Virus record (IMG/VR): IMGVR_UViG_3300031577_000195
Span: 17,064-81,063 of that record
Reading direction: 5' to 3' (one strand)
Source: a virus
Taxonomy: Duplodnaviria; Caudoviricetes
DNA: 64,000 nucleotides
Shown: positions 28,626 to 37,523 of the stretch, in pieces
Numbering within the stretch: position 1 is the stretch's first letter
How the letters are laid out: every line of letters begins with the position of its first letter
Notes under the pieces: generated by a model
The model's input: the letters and a program-made list of their open reading frames with translations, nothing else
Told to the model about the DNA's origin: nothing
The model's database searches: none
Program-made: the position numbers and the translations under genes

Positions 28626-29336
28626 TTAAGCCTCTTTAAGTATCCTATGTATGAAATTGATTCCTTTGGGCGTAACTAGAGTATAAACATATGCTACACA
28701 TGAGCAATTGCCTTTAGTAACCACCTTTTCTTTTAGCTTAAAGTATCCAGCATTGACATACTTTTGATATGGCCCATAGCCACCGTACCAATCACGATAG
28801 ATAACATCAAGATCACGCAACAACTCAAACAAGCGATTCCTTCCAGTGCCTAAAACTTTAGCAACTTGAGATATTGTTTGAAGCCCTTCAGATTCCATAA
28901 AGGTATCATATGCTTGAGCTTTAGGTAATAATCTGGAGTTTTCTTCTAATAAATCTGCTGCCAGCCGTAGAGCTTCAGGTGTTGTTTGTGGTATACTTGT
29001 ATTTGACTGCTGGGCTAAGTATGCGCCATTTTTGCGGATGGACGGTAATACTTCATCGAATATCCAACATTCGAATCGTTCAGCAGTCTTTAAATTACTT
29101 CTAATGATTAATCGATAGATATCACCTTCAGGAATAACTTTTAACTCTTGTTCGCCGCCATTTGTAAGGACTAGGTGTTTCACCGACCCCTTTGTATGTC
29201 TCTTGATTGCGTCATATGGATCTACATATCCTAATACTTTAGCTATGTCAGATGCAACTGCGTATGTCTTCCCTTCGATTTCTAAAAACCTTACTTGACC
29301 AAACTCTTCATTATTGAATACTTGTAAGTTATTCAT
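28626..29336 (-). CDS. BRO-N / KilAC antirepressor
   Basis: FNNEEFGQVR...EGDIYRLI.RS...AE.F..WI..EVLPSIRK.G.Y plus C-terminal G.G.N.LF..LR...VT.KG. Confidence 0.92.
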   Translation of the reverse strand: MNNLQVFNNEEFGQVRFLEIEGKTYAVASDIAKVLGYVDPYDAIKRHTKGSVKHLVLTNGGEQELKVIPEGDIYRLIIRSNLKTAERFECWIFDEVLPSIRKNGAYLAQQSNTSIPQTTPEALRLAADLLEENSRLLPKAQAYDTFMESEGLQTISQVAKVLGTGRNRLFELLRDLDVIYRDWYGGYGPYQKYVNAGYFKLKEKVVTKGNCSCVAYVYTLVTPKGINFIHRILKEA

Positions 29337-29338
29337 GA

Positions 29339-29536
29339 TTACATCTCCTCCAAGGCTATAACCACAGAATCACTGTAAATGCCATTAGAGGATAACTCTA
29401 GACCACTATCGGAATATCTGTAGATTTTTCCGTCAATAAATACATTATCGACCTGCTTAAGTAATCGAATTACCTCTGCTGCTTTTCCGTGTGTCATTCT
29501 TTTTGAATACCCTTCACCAATAGATAGTTTAACCAT
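29339..29536 (-). CDS. Small hypothetical protein in the Cro position
   Basis: First gene of the leftward unit divergent from the XRE gene. Confidence 0.55.
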   Translation of the reverse strand: MVKLSIGEGYSKRMTHGKAAEVIRLLKQVDNVFIDGKIYRYSDSGLELSSNGIYSDSVVIALEEM

Positions 29537-29560
29537 AAATAAACCCTCCCATAAATTTTA

Positions 29561-29604
29561 GTAAGTATTACTTACACATTTATATTATAGTAAGTATCGC
29601 TTAC
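29561..29604. promoter_or_regulatory. Two operator-like palindromes in the divergent promoter region
   Basis: GTAAGTATTACTTAC (29561-29575, perfect) and GTAAGTATCGCTTAC (29590-29604); TTGACT on the minus strand at 29610-29605. Confidence 0.75.
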
Positions 29605-29622
29605 AGTCAAGGAGTATTTTTT

Positions 29623-29853
29623 ATGTATAACCAAAATACTATAGCTGAAAAAATTTCCCTATTAATGAAGGAAAACAATATAACTCATCAGTTATTAGCA
29701 GATGCTATTGGTGTTAGTCGTCCATCAGTAACACAGTTTACCACTGGAGCAAATCTACCTTCAATTAAAACACTTGTTATTATTGCGGACTACTTCGAAG
29801 TATCCTTAGACTACCTTTGTGGCCGCACAGATAACCCAAAGGTAAATACCTAG
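29623..29853 (+). CDS. XRE-family HTH repressor
   Basis: ITHQLLADAIGVSRPSVTQF...PSI.TL..IADYFEVSLDYL.GR. Confidence 0.92.
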   Translation: MYNQNTIAEKISLLMKENNITHQLLADAIGVSRPSVTQFTTGANLPSIKTLVIIADYFEVSLDYLCGRTDNPKVNT

Positions 29854-30132
29854 ATGGTAGACCACCTTAGAAAACTGGGGAGTTCCTAAAGTGAGATGGC
29901 AGGAACTAAAAATATCTCTGGAGACTTCCTTGGTATACAAAAATACCAGAAGGCGGTCTCTTTTTGATTTTCTTAGAGGTGGTCAGTAAAAAGGTAAATG
30001 TTTGTATTTTGTCGAAATATGTAAAACAGTTAAGCTTTAGGGGAAGTGACTATGGTATAAATTCAAAAATATCTAGTTATCACTACTATGGTTCTCGCCA
30101 ACAAAAGAAGTAAGTTAAAGGACTGATACTAT

Positions 30133-30837
30133 ATGAGAAAAATAATTATTCTTGCACTAATTTTTGTTATCAGTTATTCATCTATAAGTGAAGCCTTTGA
30201 GTCTGACTGGTTGTATTTGGGCAATCTTATGCTAAATAGCGATGACTATATAGATAAGAACTCCATAAAAGTCACTGGAGCGACAATTAAATATTGGGAG
30301 AGGAACTATGATCATTCTAAAAGCCATTATTTGGGTAATGAGGAAGGTTTTAAAAAAGCTATTGAAAGAGATGAGTTATTAAAACTTGACTATCTTTCTG
30401 AAAATGAATTTAATTATATTGATTTACAACATAGGACTTTAACACGAATTCATAATTATGATGAAGGTAAGGTTGTTAATGTTTTTTCATCCCCTGATGA
30501 AAAATTTCAAGACATTAATTTAGCGACTGAACGTGAAGCAGCTACCGCATTAGCAGCATATCTGGGTACTCAAGTATTATCATGGGAAAAAATTAAAGAG
30601 ACTGAAGATAAAGAAGTTTATCTTTCTGATCTAATTGATAAACAGAGAAAATTACTTTGGGGATGTATAAAAAGGAAAGCTTCCCCCGATAAACCTACGT
30701 TCAGCCTCTTGCAGTATCAAGATGATAAACTAACAGTTATTTATGACTTAATTTACCTAGAGTCTCACTTTAAGTTTCAATCTGAGAATAAAGTATCTTG
30801 TTATTATTATATTACCAAGCACGCTAGTCTAAAATAG
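30133..30837 (+). CDS. Exported hypothetical protein (moron)
   Basis: Signal peptide; W..LG......YID..SI...WER pattern resembling surface-adhesin-E-like proteins. Confidence 0.65.
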   Translation: MRKIIILALIFVISYSSISEAFESDWLYLGNLMLNSDDYIDKNSIKVTGATIKYWERNYDHSKSHYLGNEEGFKKAIERDELLKLDYLSENEFNYIDLQHRTLTRIHNYDEGKVVNVFSSPDEKFQDINLATEREAATALAAYLGTQVLSWEKIKETEDKEVYLSDLIDKQRKLLWGCIKRKASPDKPTFSLLQYQDDKLTVIYDLIYLESHFKFQSENKVSCYYYITKHASLK

Positions 30838-30895
30838 GCGTGGTCTCTTTTTGATTTTCAAGAGTGGTCGCAGGTAATAATTTGGGTAATTTTAC

Positions 30896-31573
30896 ATGAA
30901 TTTCAAAGGAATATTTTTCCTCTTGTCGAATTTTAGGATTATACTAAAGTTTACAGGAGGTTTTTTAATTTTTATGGATAATGCACCAAAAGCTTCATCA
31001 GGTTCTTCCGGTTGGCTATTATTATTTATATTAATATTCTTTTTATTAATAGCCTCATGCTCAAGTTCTAATTCAACAACAACAAATACCAGCCAAGACG
31101 AAGCTAGTTATAATACTGGATTAACTTACTTAAGAAATCATGAATATGGTAAAGTAGGCCCACCTCTTGTTGCTCTAAAGCTTAAAAATTATAGAGACTC
31201 AAAAGTCCTTTATAATTACGCAAACGCTCAGCTAAATAAAGATAGTGACCCCAGTATGGCAGAATTTTACCTTAAGGATATTCCAGATACATACAAAGGT
31301 GAATTTGCTAATGAAATAAATGCTTTACGTGAAAAAGTTAAAGAACCAGCGGAAAAACAACGCAAATCAGAAGCTGAAACGAAAAAGGAAGCTGCCAAGG
31401 AATATGCAAGTAAAATCCATATTGGCGATAGCAAAGAAAAAGTTTTAAATTTATGGGGATCACCAGAACATAGAAATAGAACAGTTATCGGAAATCGTGT
31501 TCATGAACAATGGGTATATGGAGATACTTATATTTATATTGATGATGGAATTGTAACAGCATTTCAAGACTGA
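30896..31573 (+). CDS. Membrane-anchored / lipoprotein-like moron protein
   Basis: Hydrophobic stretch ending IASC; C-terminal IG.SKE.V...WG.P...EQW.Y (SmpA/BamE-like). True start probably ~30974. Confidence 0.65.
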   Translation: MNFKGIFFLLSNFRIILKFTGGFLIFMDNAPKASSGSSGWLLLFILIFFLLIASCSSSNSTTTNTSQDEASYNTGLTYLRNHEYGKVGPPLVALKLKNYRDSKVLYNYANAQLNKDSDPSMAEFYLKDIPDTYKGEFANEINALREKVKEPAEKQRKSEAETKKEAAKEYASKIHIGDSKEKVLNLWGSPEHRNRTVIGNRVHEQWVYGDTYIYIDDGIVTAFQD

Positions 31574-31600
31574 TATCTTTACAATTTGTAGGAGGATTTT

Positions 31601-31957
31601 ATGTTAATGGAACCATTTATTGTCTTTGCTATACTTATAGGCTTGATACCCGCAATTATAGCAAGTTGCAAAGGAAGAAACTTCTTTTTGTGGTGGTTAT
31701 ATGGTGCAGCTCTATTTTTAATAGCTCTAATACATTCGTTATTCTTAAGTCCAAACGATAATGCAAAGTTAGCAAATGGAATGAAAAAGTGTCCATTCTG
31801 TGCTGAAGTTATAAAGCCAGATGCTAAAGTCTGTAGATATTGTGGTAGAGATTTACCAAAGCCTGAATTAAAAATAGAATGTCCTAATTGTAAAGCTATG
31901 GTAAGCATAAAATACTCATATTGCAAAAACTGCGGTAATGCAATGCCTAACACTTAG
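31601..31957 (+). CDS. Membrane protein with double zinc ribbon
   Basis: Two TM segments; CPFC..CRYC and CPNC..CKNC. Confidence 0.8.
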   Translation: MLMEPFIVFAILIGLIPAIIASCKGRNFFLWWLYGAALFLIALIHSLFLSPNDNAKLANGMKKCPFCAEVIKPDAKVCRYCGRDLPKPELKIECPNCKAMVSIKYSYCKNCGNAMPNT

Positions 31958-32654
31958 ATTGTACAAAATGAGAAATAGCCTTTCGTGGTAGACCACTAGA
32001 CAAAACTGGTGGTCTTTTCTTTATGTCCCTTCTATAGTAATACATATGGATATCTTTGGTTATCTTATGGTATCTATGGCGGCGAAGCCGTATAGGTTAT
32101 CATAAGTCAATCAAAGTACAGTATATGTCAGACTATAGGTCAATCTAAACAATTAGTCATAGCTTAATCTTATCCTTGATTGGTAATCTTTTACCTGTAT
32201 AGCAAATCCTTAACCATTGTGATAGCTTTATGCAAGTGTAGTGGAGCGATAGCGGAACATAGCGCAGCATAAACAGAACAATGCTTTATCTTTACTATAG
32301 GTATAGGCTTAAGATATCCATATGATAAAATTCTTGTTATCTTTTCCCCCGCCAAGAGCGGGGCCAAAAGTTTACCAAGAGTAAGTTCATATAGTATGAC
32401 TTAAGGTATAAGGTAATGCTAACGCGCTACGCTTGTTTGGTTCGCTTAAGCTCACCATACTTTTAAAATAAATTCTAAATTCTTGACTATAGTAAAGCCT
32501 TATAGTTGACCCATTGGAAACTTAATTATTCTTGTGTGATATAGAGAGAGTATTTTCCACTGTCAAAACCGTGTACCCCTTATAGCATAAGGCTTCAAGG
32601 CACTTTTTCGATTCCGTCAGGGCGGACTACATGTGTCCGTGTACACGGAATGGG

Positions 32655-33134
32655 TTACTTAAGATACTCAAAAAACTCAGGGTTCAACGTATAGTAAACC
32701 CTACCTTCATCCTCAATAATTTTCATAATACCCATTTGTTTTAACTTATTGACAACCTCATAGAACTTAGTTTTCTTAAGCATGGTCATATTCATAATCT
32801 TTTCTTTGGTTAAAGGTATATTATTTTTATCTACAAGCAAGCCATTACCAGGAGCTAGCCAGTACTGTAAAGTAAATAAAAATCCTCTATCGACTATTGA
32901 TAAATTCTTATCCACGCACAACTCCCTCCCCCTTGCTCTATATGACTTAATGAAATGTAAAGACTTATTAAGTTTACGTTCAGCCCTATCTCTAGCTATG
33001 TCTATTGATTCATCTTTGTTTAACTCCTGGATTAGCTTCTGTCTCATGGCTATCCTTAGTTGATCCTCGGTCATAGAATCGACTGTATCTATGGCTACAT
33101 TCATTCTCTCAGTAGCACTTCTTATCAATAACAT
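32655..33134 (-). CDS. RepL-like winged-helix protein, paralog 1
   Basis: FIKSY...GFLF.L...LT...I...KL...G......YY.LNP.F pattern. Confidence 0.6.
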   Translation of the reverse strand: MLLIRSATERMNVAIDTVDSMTEDQLRIAMRQKLIQELNKDESIDIARDRAERKLNKSLHFIKSYRARGRELCVDKNLSIVDRGFLFTLQYWLAPGNGLLVDKNNIPLTKEKIMNMTMLKKTKFYEVVNKLKQMGIMKIIEDEGRVYYTLNPEFFEYLK

Positions 33135-33295
33135 TCCACCCTTTCCATCAATGGTATCCCTAGCATTTTCTTAGGTGGACTATCGCCATATTGAATCAAA
33201 CAGTTACCACAGTATGATCTACGCAATCTCCAGAAGTCTTCATAGTCATCGTCAACTTCTTGGGTAAAACCACAATCTGGACATTGGAATAACAA
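33125..33295 (-). CDS. 56-aa zinc-ribbon protein
   Basis: Manual translation MLFQCPDCG...YCGNC; RBS AGGAG. Confidence 0.55.
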   Translation of the reverse strand: MLFQCPDCGFTQEVDDDYEDFWRLRRSYCGNCLIQYGDSPPKKMLGIPLMERVECY

Positions 33296-33556
33296 TTTTA
33301 CATCTCTCCTTATCTATAAAATAAATAAAGAGAGTGGAACGGTAGTTATCCATTAAGACTCTCTTGTAAAACAAAAAAAATAATCACATGAAAATCACAT
33401 GGTTATCCATCTTCATCCAGGATTCTCTTAGTGTTTCTGTTGTCTAAACTTAAAACATCACACAAGCACCATAACTCTGCCAATAGGCATAATAAAAGTA
33501 CCAACCTAAGTTAGTCCCTTTGTTAAAACTATTGATTTTCTGTTGTTTTTACTTAT

Positions 33557-33638
33557 GGTAATACAAATGTACCCCCTAGTACAAAAGATACCAAAAAACA
33601 CCCCTTATACACATGTTTCTGACATTAGAATCGATTCT
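33557..33638. repeat. Dispersed ~76-82-bp element, copy B
   Basis: See copy A. Confidence 0.9.
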
Positions 33639-33655
33639 AATGATTAACAAAGACA

Positions 33656-33685
33656 TTGACTGCAATTACAAACTAGGTGTATAAT
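33656..33685 (+). promoter_or_regulatory. Sigma-A promoter
   Basis: TTGACT-18-TATAAT. Confidence 0.7.
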
Positions 33686-33736
33686 TTTAAGTACAATTGG
33701 AAATACTTAGGATAATATATCCATAGGAGTGATATT

Positions 33737-34225
33737 ATGGTAAGACCTAAAACTCTAAATAAGATGGATGTTATAGAAGCCTTATTTTCACATAAGTTCA
33801 CACCTGAAGAAATTGTTGACTTAACGAAAGAAAACATAACTAAGGATGGCATAAGTATCAACGGTAAAACACTAGAAATCCCTCCTGGTAGTGACTTAAT
33901 AAAGGCACTTGGGAATTACTTAAGAAGCAAGTACCCAGGACTTCTACAGCCTTACTTGTTTAGCTCAAGAAGTGGCGACAAGTGGCCTACAGATAACCTA
34001 GTGAAATCATTTGGTATATGGCTAAAGAAGAATGGCAATGGTAAAACTTTAGCTGATTACGGACTTAAAGCACCGAATCCTAGGAGCAAGGTTAACTGTA
34101 ATTCAATGGATGATATACTAGCGTTTCTTAACAAGAAAGAAGCATTAATATCTTTGGAAAATCCATCGTTAGATACAGTGCTTAAGGTTGCCGAAAATAG
34201 TAACAAGAAGACCGCCGATCAATAG
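33737..34225 (+). CDS. Tyrosine-recombinase-like domain lacking catalytic residues
   Basis: EIVDL...I...L..YL...YLF.SRSG....NL...F..W spacing of the Int fold, but no catalytic Arg, HxxR or Tyr box. Confidence 0.5.
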   Translation: MVRPKTLNKMDVIEALFSHKFTPEEIVDLTKENITKDGISINGKTLEIPPGSDLIKALGNYLRSKYPGLLQPYLFSSRSGDKWPTDNLVKSFGIWLKKNGNGKTLADYGLKAPNPRSKVNCNSMDDILAFLNKKEALISLENPSLDTVLKVAENSNKKTADQ

Positions 34226-34240
34226 GCGGTCTTTTCTTTT
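34208..34240. terminator. Bidirectional terminator
   Basis: AAGACCGCC-GATCAATA-GGCGGTCTT then TTCTTT. Confidence 0.8.
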
Positions 34241-34315
34241 GGAGCTAATGAGAGGACTTGAACCTCCAACATGCTAATTACAAATAAGCTGCTCTACCAA
34301 TTGAGCTACACTAGC
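34240..34315 (-). tRNA. trnT: tRNA-Thr(TGT)
   Basis: GCTAGTG/CATTAGC acceptor, TAGCTCAATTGGTAGAGC D arm, TTTGTAA loop, GGTTCAAGTCC, encoded CCA; one T:T in the anticodon stem. Confidence 0.9.
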
Positions 34316-34318
34316 ATA

Positions 34319-34393
34319 TGGCGAATCGGCTAGGACTCGAACCTAGATCGCAAGGTTTTGGAGACCTGCATGTTTCCATTACACCACCGAAAC
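34319..34393 (-). tRNA. trnW: tRNA-Trp(CCA), degenerate
   Basis: CTCCAAA loop, GGTTCGAGTCC, encoded CCA; two T:T acceptor mismatches and one C:T in the anticodon stem. Confidence 0.7.
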
Positions 34394-34435
34394 GTAACAG
34401 TGGGATTCATTTGGCTCCCACTAGGCCATCTTAAG

Positions 34436-34624
34436 TTATTCCTCTAGTAAATCTTCAAGATAACCTATCTTTTCACTTTGGAGCATCACAAATTGCATCA
34501 ATGTTTTCAAAAGAGCTTCTTTGAGCATTTCGTTTTCCTCAAGCAAACACTCTGGACAAATCTCAGGTTCATCTTTAGATGGCACAGGAACTCCAAGAAT
34601 TTCACACAAGTCTTCTACTGTCAT
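34436..34624 (-). CDS. Hypothetical protein (CxxC)
   Basis: ORF track; RBS AGGGGAG. Confidence 0.6.
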   Translation of the reverse strand: MTVEDLCEILGVPVPSKDEPEICPECLLEENEMLKEALLKTLMQFVMLQSEKIGYLEDLLEE

Positions 34625-34627
34625 ATT

Positions 34628-35008
34628 CTAAGCTCCCCTTTTGTTTAATTCTTTGGCCTTCTGGTAGATAGCTTCAGTATAACCAGCAGGTAATTTCTTG
34701 CCTAAAATCTGTTTGGATTCATATAGTATCTTCGCAAGTGTCATTCGGGTCTGCTTGATATCCATGTAGGGTAACAAGTCACAGATCACTTGATACGCTT
34801 GACTTCCATAAGTCTCAAACTCAATAGCATCTTTGCATCCTGGCTTACTTTTGATTCTTCTGTAGCCCTTGTAGTGGTCAGACATAAGGTTCACTAGTTC
34901 TTCCCTAGTATTGCATACGCCTACTGCTATTGTTCCGTTAGATTTAACTCTACACCATCCTTCAGATGCTACAAGACACGCAAGTTTAGCTTTCTCTACC
35001 TCAGTTAT
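34628..35008 (-). CDS. Single-motif LAGLIDADG endonuclease-like protein (ATA start)
   Basis: Extension upstream of the track ORF gives AKLACLVASEGWCRV; RBS AGGAGGT 8 nt before ATA at 35008; in-frame stop upstream. Confidence 0.7.
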   Translation of the reverse strand: MTEVEKAKLACLVASEGWCRVKSNGTIAVGVCNTREELVNLMSDHYKGYRRIKSKPGCKDAIEFETYGSQAYQVICDLLPYMDIKQTRMTLAKILYESKQILGKKLPAGYTEAIYQKAKELNKRGA

Positions 35009-35010
35009 AA

Positions 35011-35802
35011 CTACCGACCTCCTTTTGTTAAATGTTGAGTATTTTGGACAAACTTAGCCCTTGGTTTCATTTCTTTGTTCGTACACTTGATTCCACATTG
35101 TGAACATATGCCCTCTGTATAGGTATCTATGGCACACTTATGTTTACTTTTGTACTCCTTAGTGTCACGATGTTTATTATAAGACCAATAGCCGCCATTG
35201 TTTACTTTCATAAGTCTTGTCCCTAGCCACCCTATGTGATGCTTGGGCGTACTCGCTTCTTCCATTGATTCATTCGGTAGCAATAAATCTTTACATAGGG
35301 TATTACTGACGGGTGTACATTTTTGCTTGATTTTAGCCGTAATACGCTGTAGTTCCTTAATTCCGATCTTTGTTAAAGCTATCCTCTTGTTTTCTTCTGT
35401 TTTCTTCGATTTATAGCCACTTGCGTTCTTGAGTAGCTTTTTATATTCGCCTACAACATGCTCCCCTATTTGCTCGAACGTCATCTTGTCAATACAGTAC
35501 ATGTAGAATATCTCTCGTTCCTTTGGACTCAACTTAGACAACACAAGTTTAATCATTTGTACTATCTCTTGTCGCTTTTCTTTCTCCACCAGGATTTCAC
35601 ATGGGTCAAGTCCTTGCGTCCTCCCATAGTTTTCAATCAAATAATCTTCATCAAGGTATTTCTTTTGTATATCATCGAGTAATGCTGCTAGTTGATCTAT
35701 GGTTATCCCTCCGTTTCGTCTTGCGTTCTTCTTCCTTAAGTTGAAACTCCATACTAGCCTTAATTTTCGCATGAGTATTCTTAATTGCACTAAACCAATC
35801 AT
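35011..35802 (-). CDS. Sigma-70 region-4-type factor (late sigma/activator candidate)
   Basis: LSKLSPKEREIF.M...MTFEQIG region-4 motif; start probably ATA 35700 after GGAGGG; Cys-rich tail. Confidence 0.7.
   Translation of the reverse strand: MIGLVQLRILMRKLRLVWSFNLRKKNARRNGGITIDQLAALLDDIQKKYLDEDYLIENYGRTQGLDPCEILVEKEKRQEIVQMIKLVLSKLSPKEREIFYMYCIDKMTFEQIGEHVVGEYKKLLKNASGYKSKKTEENKRIALTKIGIKELQRITAKIKQKCTPVSNTLCKDLLLPNESMEEASTPKHHIGWLGTRLMKVNNGGYWSYNKHRDTKEYKSKHKCAIDTYTEGICSQCGIKCTNKEMKPRAKFVQNTQHLTKGGR
35021..35050 (-). repeat. RBS-associated directional motif, copy 2
   Basis: TGTCCAAAATACTCAACATTTAACAAAAGGAGG, inside the sigma gene 3' end. Confidence 0.85.
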
Positions 35803-36073
35803 AAGGTTTACTCTGTGACATCATCGTATGAATATGTTTAAATGTTCTTACAGTAAATTCACCACTGTCTATCTTATGCTGTCTGCAGCCCACCCCTTGC
35901 CATTCATCGATATCACCATGGATTAACATAGGATACTCATCTATGTATTCAACCTTAAAGTACTGACTAAAGTAATCTTGTGCTGCTTCTTTAGAACCTT
36001 CAATCCCTAAACGCCAAAAGTTGCAAGTTTTATCCTGAAGTAAAAAATAATGATATATCATAACCACCTCCAT
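35672..36073 (-). CDS. Hypothetical protein
   Basis: ORF track; RBS GGAGG. Confidence 0.65.
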   Translation of the reverse strand: MEVVMIYHYFLLQDKTCNFWRLGIEGSKEAAQDYFSQYFKVEYIDEYPMLIHGDIDEWQGVGCRQHKIDSGEFTVRTFKHIHTMMSQSKPYDWFSAIKNTHAKIKASMEFQLKEEERKTKRRDNHRSTSSITR

Positions 36074-36098
36074 TGTTAATTGTTGAGTATTTTAGGCA
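36068..36098 (-). repeat. RBS-associated directional motif, copy 3
   Basis: TGCCTAAAATACTCAACAATTAACAATGGAGG; contains the MTase stop codon. Confidence 0.9.
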
Positions 36099-37159
36099 GA
36101 CTTAATGCGCTCATTAGCAATATTACAGTAGTTTTTATCAAGCTCAAATCCTAAATATCCAAAGGTTAGCTCCTGTGCTGCTACTAATGTTGTCCCTGAA
36201 CCACTAAAGGGGTCTAGCACTAGTCCTCCTGGTGGTGTCACAAGTGTTATTAAGTATTTCATAAGTGACTGAGGCTTAACTGTTGGATGGTTGTTGTTTA
36301 ATCCACGGTCCTTCTTGGACGCTTTGGAACAATAGAAGAATCTTGAAGCTCCACCTGAATCACCATAGCAAACCATTTCTGTCCCTTCTGGTCTACTTTC
36401 TTTTCCGTAAGTATTCCCTTGATAACCATTGCTTGTAGATTTCTTTTTTGCACCAGTTCCACTTGTTAAAACTCCTGTTTGTTCGTCAAGCAATTTTCCG
36501 GCCTCTTCGTCTAATATTACATTAGCCGGGAAACGACCTAGTTCATTAGGAATATATACAGTATCACGTTCACGCTCTGAATTATCGGCTTTATAAGCGT
36601 TGTTTTTTATATTCTGATTTGTGGTAGATTTGATTTTATCTGTAGTCCCTATCCTGCTTTTGTCAATGTTAATTCCACCAGTTCCCCATTTAAGCACATT
36701 AGCGACTATAGTCTTCTCTGATAGCCGTTTTCTAGCGACTACTATAGGTTCATTTGCAGGCTTTAGCGCAGTACCCCAGCCCTGCCATTGGATAGCTTCG
36801 GGTTCAGCTCCCGCCGCTTTGTCTATAGCCTTCGATATGTTCATACTCTTTGGAAATCCACTTCCATAAACCCACTGAATTTGATCACGTATCTCAAAAC
36901 CTGCGTCTTCAATAGCACAGGCCATCCTATGATACGTCCTAGTCCCACCAAAGGATAACAAATGTCCTCCTGGCTTTAACACTCGTAAACATTCGCGCCA
37001 TACGTCAACACTATAGGCAACCCTCGAACTGTCCCATTTCTTACCCATAAACCCAAGCTCATACGGGGGGTCTGTAACTATAGAATCAACACTATTATCA
37101 TCTAGCAACTTCATACCTTCGATGCAATCCATGTTATACACTTGGTTAATCTCTAGCAA
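36092..37159 (-). CDS. N4/N6 DNA methyltransferase (beta class)
   Basis: TDPPY catalytic motif, HPTVKP, LDPFSGSGTT SAM motif. Confidence 0.95.
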   Translation of the reverse strand: MLEINQVYNMDCIEGMKLLDDNSVDSIVTDPPYELGFMGKKWDSSRVAYSVDVWRECLRVLKPGGHLLSFGGTRTYHRMACAIEDAGFEIRDQIQWVYGSGFPKSMNISKAIDKAAGAEPEAIQWQGWGTALKPANEPIVVARKRLSEKTIVANVLKWGTGGINIDKSRIGTTDKIKSTTNQNIKNNAYKADNSERERDTVYIPNELGRFPANVILDEEAGKLLDEQTGVLTSGTGAKKKSTSNGYQGNTYGKESRPEGTEMVCYGDSGGASRFFYCSKASKKDRGLNNNHPTVKPQSLMKYLITLVTPPGGLVLDPFSGSGTTLVAAQELTFGYLGFELDKNYCNIANERIKSA

Positions 37160-37500
37160 ATTCGCGTTCCTCCCATCCTAATCTCATCTACAGAATAATA
37201 CACAGGCATTCCTAATTCTTTAGCTCTATTTAGTTCCATTAGACTGCCTTTAGACTCTCCTAAGAACAATAATGCATCACATTGTTCCAACCAATGCAAG
37301 TCCCAATCTATCCACTTTTCCCAGGAAATACCAATTCCTCTTTCTTTCGCCCAGATGTCTACCCAATGAGATAACAACGGTATAAACGGATAGATACCCA
37401 TTTGCATCAACTGTACTCCAGCTTCTATTTGTTTATTGGCATTGGCTTCCATTTGCTCTTTTGTAGGTGCCGTATAAGGACTAGCTATATAGACTCTCAT
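37153..37500 (-). CDS. DUF4406/DUF1937-like (nucleoside deoxyribosyltransferase-like) protein
   Basis: VYIASPY...L..CDA...GES.G...E...A. Confidence 0.75.
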   Translation of the reverse strand: MRVYIASPYTAPTKEQMEANANKQIEAGVQLMQMGIYPFIPLLSHWVDIWAKERGIGISWEKWIDWDLHWLEQCDALLFLGESKGSLMELNRAKELGMPVYYSVDEIRMGGTRIC

Positions 37501-37523
37501 TCAAAAATCTCCCTTCTTCCCTG

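Noticed and set aside
31579-31953. 124-aa minus-strand ORF
   Set aside because: Antisense to the better-supported zinc-ribbon membrane gene at 31601-31957.
24060-32355. Recurring CTTTCCCC(G)-like tracts (~24063, 25031, 27189, 27537, 28481, 32341) as one DNA motif
   Set aside because: Short and low-complexity, so significance cannot be judged by eye; only the copies that can pair with a nearby SD were kept.
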